Source: a virus
Taxonomy: Duplodnaviria; Caudoviricetes
IMG/VR virus record: IMGVR_UViG_3300037461_000646
Coordinates: 25,208-89,207 of that record
Length of the DNA stretch: 64,000 bases
Reading direction: 5' to 3' (one strand)
A program made the translations under genes and the position numbers. The notes below the pieces were generated by a model. It made no database searches, had not been told where the DNA came from, and worked only from the letters and a program-made list of their open reading frames with translations. Each line of letters opens with the position of its first letter. Position 1 is the first letter of the stretch. Shown here piece after piece: positions 1-8,725 of the stretch.

Positions 1-3000
1 TGAATGTGATCTTGTAAGGTGAAGAAGCCACAGCCCCAGCCGGTTTCAATTGGGTCTTGAGCTTGGTCACATCTTGAACCGAAAGCCCCTGAACCATTTC
101 TGTTGTGACATCCGTACCGGCTGAATCGACAACAGTTACCGTGCATTCTTCTATTTCAAGGTCTTCGTCTGTTACGAGAACATCCACATAATCTGCGTAG
201 ATCGGGTAAGACTCATTGGGCTGCTTGTAAATGGTTTCTAACGCTGGCTTTCTGTCGCTCACTTCTACCACCTCCGTCCATGTTGAACTAATTGTATCAT
301 GCGTGAATGTTGAGTCAACTGATTCGTGCCTAAATGTCCAGGTTATGTCTTCATGCTCAAAGCCAATGTCGGCATCGGGCACGTAGTACGTGGTAGAAGT
401 TGTTGACATGGTGGAGCTACTGGTAGTAGTCCATCCAGAAGAAGTGGTCTTGGTCGAGCTTGATGTAGAAGCCGTTGAACTTGTGGTCGTGGTTGAAGTC
501 GTGGTCGAGTAAGTTGCTGGGGCCAGTATGCCGAACACGAATGGAGCACTATTAATCGGCCCTGTGTACCCAAAAACATTTGTACCGGCTGCATCATCGA
601 CGTTTCTCTTATAGTAGTGGTAGGCACCAAACTGGCCCCTCAGAGAAGCGTAGACCGTTCTGACAGCCGTGCATCGAACAAAAGCCGACACAACAATGGG
701 CTTGTCTGCACTCAGGTCAAAATAAACGTGATCAGAGTAGCCCGTTTCGTTAAAATCAAAGGTCTTGCTGGCAGACCCGTTAAATGTGACTTGTACCTGA
801 CTGCCATCAAAGTCGTATGGATCAGCACCTGAAGCTGCACTGGCATGACCCACATACATATTTTGAATAGTGAAGGGGGAACTTGCAACCGCAGAGCCTT
901 TGATAAAGACCTGAATATAGTTGCCTGACCGACGAATATATTCAGGTGGAATAACAATTCGATAGGTTCTAAGATCACCTATGTCGAGTATGGTGTTTGC
1001 CGCCGCCTCACCCCAAGCCCACTCAACCGGGGCAAAGGTGGTCGTAGTGCTTGAACTCGATGAGGTTGAAGTCGTTGACGAACTCGTGGTGGTGGATGAA
1101 TAGGTCGAACTCGATGAAGCCGTTGAACTGGTCGTGGTGAATGTAGAGCTTGTCGAAGCCGTTGAACTCGATGAAGACGAACTTGAACTTGTAGTAGTCG
1201 TAGAGGTTGTTGAAGCCGTTGAACTGGATGATGATGAGCTTGTGCTTGTGCTGGTGGTACTGCTGCTGCTGGTCGAAGACAAGCTTGTGCTGGTGGTGGA
1301 AGTGCTGCTTGACGAACTCGATGAGCTTGAACTCGTGCTGGTGGTGGTCGTGGTGCTGGTCGAGCTTGTTGAGCTTGAACTCGTGCTGGCTGTCGAGCTT
1401 GAACTCGATGAAGTGGAGCTCGATGAGGTTGTGGTGGTCGTGGTTGAAGTACTTGTCCACCCCAATCGAGTAGTCGTTGTAGTGGAAGATGAACTGACCG
1501 TTGTGCTGCTCGTGCTGGTAGAGCTTGAAGACGAAACCGTGGTTGATGAAGAACTTGTGCTGCTTGTACTCGTGGTCGTGGTGGAGCTACTGGTAGTCGA
1601 AAGAGTAGAACTGCTCGTGCTCGTGCTTGAACTGGTCGTGGTGGTGTATGAACTGGTACTGCTAAAAGTAGAGGTTGTCGTACTGAAACTTGAACTCGAT
1701 GTGCTGGTGCTGGTCGAGCTTGAAGTTGAGGTGCTTGTCGTGGTGCTGAAACTCGTTGTGGTCGTGGTGCTGCTTGTGCTGGTTGAACTTGAACTTGTCG
1801 TGGTTGACAAGGTGGAGTATGTCGTGCTGGTACTCGATGAAGACGTACTCGTACTGGTCGTAGTGGAGAAGCTTGTGCTCGTGCTGCTGGTCGAAGATGA
1901 ACTTGTTGTGGTAGTTGAAGATGAAGTGGTAGTTGTGGTCGTGGTGTTCGACAAACCGATACTAATATCATCAAGAATGTACTCAGCCACAAGAACCGTG
2001 GTCGATGTTGAGCTTGAGCTTGACGTACTCGTACTGGTGGAAGTACAGGTCGTTGACCCGGTAGAAGTCGAAATGGTTGAAGCCGTTGAACTGGATGACG
2101 AAGAAGAACTTGAACTGCTCGTACTGGTAGAAGTCGATGTGCTTGAACTCGTCGTAGAGAACGTCGAACCTGTCGTACTTGAAGTGGAAGAACTGGTGCT
2201 TGTAGTTGTACTGTGGGTACTTGTGCTTGAAAAAGAGCTTGAAGACGAACTTGAAGTGGTGGTTAAAGTTGTGGTGCTGCTACTGGTTGTGGAAAGGGTG
2301 GAATACGTTGTTGACGAAGATGAAGAACTCGTGCTTGTCGTAGTAGACAAGGTAGAGGCTGTTGAACTTGAACTGGATGAACTTGAACTGGTCGTGGTCG
2401 AAAATGTGGTACTTGTACTTGTCGTGGTCGAAAGGGTTGAGGCCGTGGTGCTGGAGCTACTCGATGACGAAGTGCTGGTACTCGTGCTGGTCGAAGTCGA
2501 AGTGGTAGAGGAACTTGTCTCACCTGGATATGTACTACTCGTTGTTGAAATCGTGCTGATCGTTGAAGCTGTCGAAGACGATGAACTGCTGCTGGAACTC
2601 GTTGTTGTCGTAGATGATGAAGTGGTTGAAAGGGTACTGGCTGTAGAAGAACTTGTGCTGCTTGATGACGAACTAGTTGAAAGGGTTGAGGCTGTGGATG
2701 AACTCGTGCTGCTCGATGATGAACTGGTTGAAAAGGTGCTGGTTGTCGAAGAGGTAGAGGATGAACTGGTCGAAATAGTTGAGGCTGTAGAACTGGTGGA
2801 AGATGAACTGGTCGAAAGGGTTGAAGCCGTCGAAGACGAAGAAGACGAACTGCTGCTTGTCGTAGTAGACAAGGTTGATGCTGTTGACGAAGTGCTGCTG
2901 CTTGAACTCGTTGAGGTGGACGTACTGGTTGTGCTTGTGGTCGATATGGTAGAAAGTGTTGAGGCCGTGGATGAACGGCTCGATGATGACGTACTGGTGG

Positions 3001-5326
3001 TGGTTGAAGTACTGGTAGTTGACGAGCTTGTATCGCCTGGATATGTGCTGCTGGTCGTGCTTATGGTAGATATAGTCGAAGCCGTGGAACTGGTGGAAGA
3101 CGATGAACTGCTTGAACTGGTAGAACTACTCGTCGTTGAACTGGTTGAAGCGGTAGATGATGTGCTGCTTGAAGAACTTGAACTGGTACTCGTAGTCGTG
3201 GACAAAGTTGAAGCTGTGGTCGATGTCGAGCTTGAGCTTGAAGAGGTAGAGGTTGTGGTAAACGTGCTGGTTGTTGATTGTGTGGATGCCGTAGATGACG
3301 TTGACGAAGACGAACTGCTGCTCGTGCTGGTGGATGAACTTGTGCTTGTATGGGTACTTGTCGTGGTTGACAAGGTGCTTGCTGTGGAAGATGATGACGA
3401 TGACGTACTGCTGCTCGTGGTGGTGCTGCTACTCGTGCTCGTGCTGCTGCTTGTGGTGGTTGAAATGGTAGAGGCAGTAGAACTGGTCGAAGATGAACTC
3501 GATGAACTTGTGCTAGTGCTCGTGGAGGTAGATGTACTGGTACTGCTGGTGGTAGAAAGCGTAGAGGCAGTCGAAGAGCTTGAGCTTGACGTACTCGTAC
3601 TGGTGGTTGAAAGGGTCGAAGCCGTTGAGCTTGTGGATGATGAACTCGATGAACTTGAGCTTGTGCTCGTGGTGGTGGAGTAACTCGTGCTTGTGGTGGT
3701 TGACAAGGTTGAGGCAGTTGATGAAGTGGAACTCGATGAACTGCTGCTCGTGCTGGTACTGGTAGTAGTCGATAAAGTTGAGGCTGTGGAAGATGTGGTC
3801 GTTGAAATTGTTGAGATAGTCGAACTCGATGACGAAGACGAAGACGATGAACTGGTTGTGGTTGATTGGGTTGAAGCCGTTGAACTCGATGAAGAAGAGC
3901 TTGAGGATGACGTACTCGTGCTGGTAGAAGTGGACTGACTTGTGCTCGTCGTGGTGGATATAGTTGAAGCCGTAGACGAAGTGGAACTTGATGAACTACT
4001 TGAGCTTGAAGTCGAAGTGCTGGTACTCGTGCTGCTGCCGGTGCTGCTTGTGGTGGAAGAACTTGTGGTTATAGACGAACTCGTTGTAGAAAACGTCGAA
4101 CTGGTTGATGAAGAACTGCTTGTGCTGGTGGTGGTGGTCAATGAACTTGAGGTGGTGGAACCTGTACTCGTACTGGTTGTAGTGATAGTTGTTGAAGTGG
4201 TTGAAGATGAAGACAGGTGTTTTTCAAAAATAACATCTTCAGTGGGTTGAAACTCTACGTCACCGTCCACAAAAGTGACTTCAGCTTCATAGACAACCGA
4301 GATCGAAACAGTGGAATATGTTGAACTTGTAATCGAGCTTGTAGTGGTTGAGCTTGAAGCCGTGGAAGAAGTCGTGCTTATGGTTGCCGTACTGCTGGTA
4401 TTGGTAGACGATGAACTTGTGGTCGTGGCTGTTGAACTAGTCGTTAAATGTTTTTCAAAAATTGTGTCTTCTGTCGGTTCAAATTTCACATCACCGTCAA
4501 CAAAGGTCACATCTGATTCGTAGGAAACTGAGATTGTGACCGTTGACATTGTGGATGACGTTGATGAACTTGTTGAAGTTGATGTGGTAGAATTGGTAGT
4601 CGAGCCAGTTGTGCTTGAAGAACTGCTGCTACTGCACGTAGAAGTGGTAGTGGTTGTTGTGCTACTACTAGTAGCATCCACCCATGTAATAAAGACTCGC
4701 CCGACGTTGCCGTTCCCACCAAAAGTGGTAGCGTTGTTACCAGCATACCCACCACCACCGCCACCACCGGGGAACCCACCCGCACCGCCGCTTCTGCTGC
4801 CTGTCAAACCACCAGCACCACCCGCACCACCACCCGCACCGGCAGCGCCTTCTATCTGTGCAGAGGCATTGTTGCCATTGCCACTTGGGAACCCTGATGC
4901 TCCACCGCCGCCGCCATTCGCGCCACCCGTTGCACCACCGGCACCACCCGTATAGGTTACGGTTCCGACCCCAGCAGCACCACCGGCACCACCCGTGTTG
5001 TTTCGTAAGCCTCGCACGCCAAACCGCGCAAGGACTTCACCGTTGTTGAAAGATGAATTGGCACCGTTGTTGCCGTTGGCATTGTTGGCCTGCGCCCCTA
5101 TGCCGCCAGCACCCACGACCACGGTGTAATTGTTTCCGGGCGTAACCGTGACATTTGAACGGGAGTAACCGCCACCACCGCCACCACCAGATGAGCTATT
5201 GGCGTTGCCATACCGGGCAGTCGCACCGCCACCACCACCCGCCCAAACCTCAACTTGAGCGGACGTGACACCGACTGGAGCAGTCCAGGTAAAAGTCCCG
5301 GCAGTATTGAAAGTGTTGTTACCCAT
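1..5326 (-). CDS. Giant Ser/Thr-rich (mucin-like) tail fibre/surface protein, >1775 aa, 3' end outside window
   Basis: Not in ORF track because there is no stop before the window edge. Hand translation of 5326-4680 and 1080-1 is stop-free: MGNNTFNTAGTFTWTAPVGVTSAQVEVWAGGGGGA... (Gly-rich domain), then S/T tracts in one constant frame, a globular domain (~1020-500) and a C-terminal KQPNESYPIYADY domain. ATG overlaps the stop of the upstream gene. Confidence 0.88.
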   Translation of the reverse strand, partial: MGNNTFNTAGTFTWTAPVGVTSAQVEVWAGGGGGATARYGNANSSSGGGGGGGYSRSNVTVTPGNNYTVVVGAGGIGAQANNANGNNGANSSFNNGEVLARFGVRGLRNNTGGAGGAAGVGTVTYTGGAGGATGGANGGGGGASGFPSGNGNNASAQIEGAAGAGGGAGGAGGLTGSRSGGAGGFPGGGGGGGYAGNNATTFGGNGNVGRVFITWVDATSSSTTTTTTSTCSSSSSSSTTGSTTNSTTSTSTSSSTSSTMSTVTISVSYESDVTFVDGDVKFEPTEDTIFEKHLTTSSTATTTSSSSTNTSSTATISTTSSTASSSTTTSSITSSTYSTVSISVVYEAEVTFVDGDVEFQPTEDVIFEKHLSSSSTTSTTITTTSTSTGSTTSSSLTTTTSTSSSSSTSSTFSTTSSSITTSSSTTSSTGSSTSTSTSTSSSSSSSSSTSSTASTISTTTSTSQSTSTSTSTSSSSSSSSSSTASTQSTTTSSSSSSSSSSSTISTISTTTSSTASTLSTTTSTSTSSSSSSSTSSTASTLSTTTSTSYSTTTSTSSSSSSSSSTSSTASTLSTTSTSTSSSSSSTASTLSTTSSTSTSTSTSTSTSSSSSSSTSSTASTISTTTSSSTSTSSSTTTSSSTSSSSSSTASTLSTTTSTHTSTSSSTSTSSSSSSSTSSTASTQSTTSTFTTTSTSSSSSSTSTTASTLSTTTSTSSSSSSSTSSTASTSSTTSSSTSSSSSSSSTSSTASTISTISTTSSTYPGDTSSSTTSTSTTTSTSSSSRSSTASTLSTISTTSTTSTSTSTSSSSSTSSTASTLSTTTSSSSSSSSSTASTLSTSSSSTSSTASTISTSSSSTSSTTSTFSTSSSSSSTSSSTASTLSTSSSSSSTSSSTASTLSTTSSSTTTTSSSSSSSSSTASTISTISTTSSTYPGETSSSTTSTSTSTSTSTSSSSSSSTTASTLSTTTSTSTTFSTTTSSSSSSSSSTASTLSTTTSTSSSSSSTTYSTLSTTSSSTTTLTTTSSSSSSSFSSTSTHSTTTSTSSSTSSTTGSTFSTTSSSTSTSTSTSSSSSSSSSSSTASTISTSTGSTTCTSTSTSTSSSSSTSTTVLVAEYILDDISIGLSNTTTTTTTSSSTTTTSSSSTSSTSTSFSTTTSTSTSSSSTSTTYSTLSTTTSSSSTSTSSTTTTTSFSTTTSTSTSSSTSTSTSSSSFSTTTSTFSSTSSYTTTTSSSTSTSSSTLSTTSSSTTTTSTSSTSSSSTTVSSSSSTSTSSTTVSSSSTTTTTRLGWTSTSTTTTTTSSSSTSSSSSSTASTSSSSTSSTSTTTTTSTSSSSSSSSSSTSTTSTSLSSTSSSSTTSTSTSSSSSSSTASTTSTTTTSSSSSSSSSTASTSSTFTTTSSTASSSSTYSSTTTSSSTTSTSSSSSTTTTFAPVEWAWGEAAANTILDIGDLRTYRIVIPPEYIRRSGNYIQVFIKGSAVASSPFTIQNMYVGHASAASGADPYDFDGSQVQVTFNGSASKTFDFNETGYSDHVYFDLSADKPIVVSAFVRCTAVRTVYASLRGQFGAYHYYKRNVDDAAGTNVFGYTGPINSAPFVFGILAPATYSTTTSTTTTSSTASTSSSTKTTSSGWTTTSSSTMSTTSTTYYVPDADIGFEHEDITWTFRHESVDSTFTHDTISSTWTEVVEVSDRKPALETIYKQPNESYPIYADYVDVLVTDEDLEIEECTVTVVDSAGTDVTTEMVQGLSVQDVTKLKTQLKPAGAVASSPYKITF

Positions 5327-6011
5327 TCATTATCTCTTTGGGTACTTGCCAACGCCGAACAGTTTCTTGCATTTTCTGAATCTTTTCAGCATCTGTGATA
5401 TTGTACGAATGCCAGAAAAATTCAGCCTCACCTAATCCCACTTTAGGCAACAGTTCTTTAACTATTGTGTGTGGGAATCCATATCGGGCAAGGTTGCGGC
5501 TCTTAACGTAATCGTCAACCAGATGCCCATCGTCCATCAATCCGCTATTGCGCTCCCCAACCGTCAAGCGGCAGCAGTCAAGCACTTCCTGCACGGTCTG
5601 GTCGGTTGGTCGCCAGAAGTCTATTGCGTCCTTGTGAGAGGCAGAGAACCATCCCGTAGTGCCAAGGTTCCGTCCGTCCTTGGCGAAGAACTCATCGTAG
5701 CGAAAGCGCACCGCAGCCATATCGACCGCGTTGTGCAGCACACTTCCTGCAGGCAGCAACCAAGTAAAATCGATGCACTCAGGATGCACCATAGCGTCAG
5801 CATCGAAAAAGATAGACCAATCATACTTTCTGCCAAGCTGATGTATTTGCAACTTCTCGTACACCACCGGCCACTCTGGAAATTTGCGCCCCGTGATTTC
5901 GATGAACTCCGCGCCGATCTTACCGGCATAGTACTTAAACAATGGGTAGGTGATCTCCCGAATCGCTGGGCAGTAGTCGTTGATGTTCAGCGTAAACAAT
6001 GCTCTTTTCAT
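5319..6011 (-). CDS. GT-A fold glycosyltransferase (GT34/GT8-like nucleotide-diphospho-sugar transferase)
   Basis: YEKLQI...YDWSIFFDADAMV: hydrophobic strand plus DxD motif; located in the glycosylation cluster. Confidence 0.65.
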   Translation of the reverse strand: MKRALFTLNINDYCPAIREITYPLFKYYAGKIGAEFIEITGRKFPEWPVVYEKLQIHQLGRKYDWSIFFDADAMVHPECIDFTWLLPAGSVLHNAVDMAAVRFRYDEFFAKDGRNLGTTGWFSASHKDAIDFWRPTDQTVQEVLDCCRLTVGERNSGLMDDGHLVDDYVKSRNLARYGFPHTIVKELLPKVGLGEAEFFWHSYNITDAEKIQKMQETVRRWQVPKEIMNG

Positions 6012-6047
6012 GTTTCCTCCAGTATGTGATTTCTGGTTGCGTTCACC

Positions 6048-8717
6048 CTATTTCTCCACTCTTAGCCTGATGTACCCCATGTGATGAAATGGGCCTGTGT
6101 ACGTGTGCCAAGTGTCAGCGTTGCACTCTGATATGGTTTCCCCTTTTTTATATTTTACCACAACATTATCTCCAGAGCCATATTTGTTCTGGCGAATCAC
6201 AACCCGTTTTCTGGTGTCACTCACTCGCCAAGGTACGTTCATTTCCATGCTGTCGCCTTCGTGCAGTTCAATGGCTTCAGCATCACCAGAACCTGTGATC
6301 TCGCCAGAGCCAGACCAATTATCAGTAAAATTGCGAACCCAAAGCTCTTCAACATCTGTGTCGTGCCCGTAGCAAACCGACCCCATGACCAAACCGGCGT
6401 ATGTGGTCGTGGTCGTAGACATTGTTGATTTAGTCGTACTTGAAGTGGATGTACTGCTTGAACTTGACGATGAAGAGGTGGTCGTGGTTGAAGTTAATAC
6501 AGACTCACAACCATCCCAAATATAAAAATTATCCCAATCGACACGATTTTCTGTACCTAACCCACCGTATGCCGAATTAAGAACAAGACTTGGAGAAACA
6601 GAACCACTTATTGTGCCATTACTTCTGCCACTTACATTGCCATTCCACTCCCATCGTGACAATGTGCTATTCCAATAAAAAACAGTTACCAAATTAGAAG
6701 CATCTCTTACAACTCTGAACTTACCAGTATTGCTGCCTGTGGCGATTGCACCAGCGTTATAATATTCATACCCAAATGACCCAGAAATACCTCTAAGCCT
6801 GATTATGATACTGCCACCCAGTTGCAGTTGTAGATAAGAATTTGTATTGCTCGTTAAAACAGCAGAAAAAGACACACGAATATCAAAAGCACCCGGCAAA
6901 CGTGCCTTAGAGTAAGCAATTGAGGTGCCTGTACTGTTGGCACCCAAGCACCGTAACTTGTTTGATAGTATGTATGGGTATTCCCCACTACCTGACTTGC
7001 TTATTGTCCATTTGTCAGCATTGGGTGGGTCGTTATCCGTGCCAGTAAAATCGTCATCCCAATAACAGTATGGGAGAGTCGTTGTTGTTGTTGAGCTACT
7101 ACTAGTCGTGCTGCTCGATGACGAAGTTGAGCTACTTGAGGATGAAGTACTACTGGTTGTTGATAGCGTGGTGGATGATGTAGTAGTAGTTGAGCCGGTT
7201 GTGCTGGTAGTGGTTGAGCCACTACTTGAAGTCGTGGTTGACAAGGTTGTGGTTGTGGTCGATGTGGATGAACTCGTGCTGCTCGATGATGAACTGGTGA
7301 AACTGGTCGAAGTCGAACTTGAAGTGGTGCTGAATGTGGAACTCGATGAGCTTGTCGATGAAAAGCTGGTCGTAGTGGTAAGTGTTGAACTCGATGAACT
7401 TGAGCTTGTGGTGGTGGTAAATGTGGAACTGGTGGTAGACGAACTCGATGAACTTGAACTCGTTGTGCTTGCCGAAGATGAACTTGTTGAACTAGATGAG
7501 CTTGAACTTGTTGTGGTAGTGGAAGACGAACTCGATGAACTTGAGCTTGTCGTAGTGGTAAATGTGGAACCAGTTGTGGTGCTGCTGCTGCTCGTTGAAA
7601 ATGTGGTGGATGTGCTGCTGCTGGTGCTGCTGCTGGTGCTACTTGAACTTGTCGTGGTTGACAAGGTAGAGGCTGTTGAACTGGTAGAAGATGAACTTGA
7701 ACTGGTTGACAAGGTTGAAGCCGTGCTTGAACTCGATGACGAACTTGAACTGGTCGAAGTCGTTGTGCTGCTTGAGCTTGTAGTGCTGTACGTGGTTAAG
7801 GGTGGAACAGTTGATGTCGAAGAACTGGATGTGGTCGAACTGGTTGACAAGGTTGAAGCGGTAGAGCTTGAACTAGAAGAACTCGTGCTGGTGGTTGTCG
7901 TGGAAAGAGTCGAAGCCGTAGAACTGGTGGAAGACGAACTCGTACTGGTCGAACTCGTACTGGTAGATGTGCTGCTTGTGGAACTCGATGTGCTGCTGCT
8001 GCTGCTCGTAGAAGTTGATGTGCTGGTCGTAGTCGTGGAAGAACTGCTTGTGCTACTCGTGCTTGACGTTGAAGTGGTTGTAGTAGTCGTGCTGGTACTC
8101 GTACTACTTGAACTTGTGGTGGAAAGAGAACTTGAACTGGTGCTGCTTGAACTTGTGGTCGTTGTGGAACTGCTTGAACTGCTGCTGGTGGAACTGCTGC
8201 TGGTTGTTGTCGTTGTGGAACTGCTTGAGCTTGAACTTGTCGTGGTAGACAAGGTGGAGGCTGTTGAGCTTGAGCTTGAAGAGCTTGAACTGGTGCTTAC
8301 GGTTGAAGCCGTCGAACTGGTGGAGCTACTGCTTGAGCTTGTGGTGCTGGTAGAAGTGGTCGTTGTGGTGGTCGTGGTCGTGCTTGAAGACGAACTTGAA
8401 CTTGAACTTGAACTGGTCGTGGTCGTGGTCGTGGATGAAGTCGTTAAAACCCCGGCACCTTCATGGGGTTCCCAGAAAACATCTTCATCTTGCCATTTAT
8501 CATCCTCATCTTTGAAAAAAACGTCAACCGTCTGAGTGACCCCAAGGGTCATGGTGGTTGATGATGATGAAGAACTTACCGTTGAACTTGATGTGCTGGT
8601 GCTTGTGGAAGTCGAACTTGTGCTCGTTGAAGATATATGGGGCCTGAATAAAACATCATCAGATTGAAATTCAGTGTCTTCATCTTTAAATGGGATAGAG
8701 GTGGTTGAAGTTGTCAT
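6048..8717 (-). CDS. Ser/Thr-rich virion-associated protein with internal beta-sandwich (lectin-like) domain and C-terminal globular domain
   Basis: 889-aa ORF; ~500 aa nearly pure S/T, then YWDDDFTG...NADKW beta-rich domain, a second S/T linker and a C-terminal domain. Confidence 0.8.
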   Translation of the reverse strand: MTTSTTSIPFKDEDTEFQSDDVLFRPHISSTSTSSTSTSTSTSSSTVSSSSSSTTMTLGVTQTVDVFFKDEDDKWQDEDVFWEPHEGAGVLTTSSTTTTTTSSSSSSSSSSSTTTTTTTTTSTSTTSSSSSSTSSTASTVSTSSSSSSSSSTASTLSTTTSSSSSSSTTTTTSSSSTSSSSSSSTTTTSSSSTSSSSLSTTSSSSTSTSTTTTTTSTSSTSSTSSSSTTTTSTSTSTSSSSSTSSSTSSTSTSTSSTSTSSSSTSSTASTLSTTTTSTSSSSSSSTASTLSTSSTTSSSSTSTVPPLTTYSTTSSSSTTTSTSSSSSSSSSTASTLSTSSSSSSTSSTASTLSTTTSSSSTSSSTSSSTSTTFSTSSSSTTTGSTFTTTTSSSSSSSSSTTTTSSSSSSSTSSSSASTTSSSSSSSSTTSSTFTTTTSSSSSSSTLTTTTSFSSTSSSSSTFSTTSSSTSTSFTSSSSSSTSSSTSTTTTTLSTTTSSSGSTTTSTTGSTTTTSSTTLSTTSSTSSSSSSTSSSSSTTSSSSTTTTTLPYCYWDDDFTGTDNDPPNADKWTISKSGSGEYPYILSNKLRCLGANSTGTSIAYSKARLPGAFDIRVSFSAVLTSNTNSYLQLQLGGSIIIRLRGISGSFGYEYYNAGAIATGSNTGKFRVVRDASNLVTVFYWNSTLSRWEWNGNVSGRSNGTISGSVSPSLVLNSAYGGLGTENRVDWDNFYIWDGCESVLTSTTTTSSSSSSSSTSTSSTTKSTMSTTTTTYAGLVMGSVCYGHDTDVEELWVRNFTDNWSGSGEITGSGDAEAIELHEGDSMEMNVPWRVSDTRKRVVIRQNKYGSGDNVVVKYKKGETISECNADTWHTYTGPFHHMGYIRLRVEK

Positions 8718-8725
8718 TTTTCATA

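Noticed and set aside
1-13. TGAATGTGAT at the window start resembling the control-region palindrome
   Set aside because: Lies inside a coding frame and lacks the TTCA half-site; likely coincidence
343-2523. Minus-strand Q/P/R-rich or H/Q/F-rich ORFs in the track (343-630, 979-1992, 1023-1460, 2263-2523)
   Set aside because: Alternative frames of the S/T-rich gene; the third frame is continuous and contains globular domains
4219-4545. Diversity-generating retroelement TR/VR pair
   Set aside because: The two ~100-bp repeats differ mostly at synonymous positions with no adenine bias, and no reverse transcriptase is in the window
1134-4955. Long plus-strand V/E/L/D-rich ORFs (849 aa and others)
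   Set aside because: Antisense shadows of the Ser/Thr codons of the real minus-strand gene; the same applies to 7108-8535 and 21025-21498
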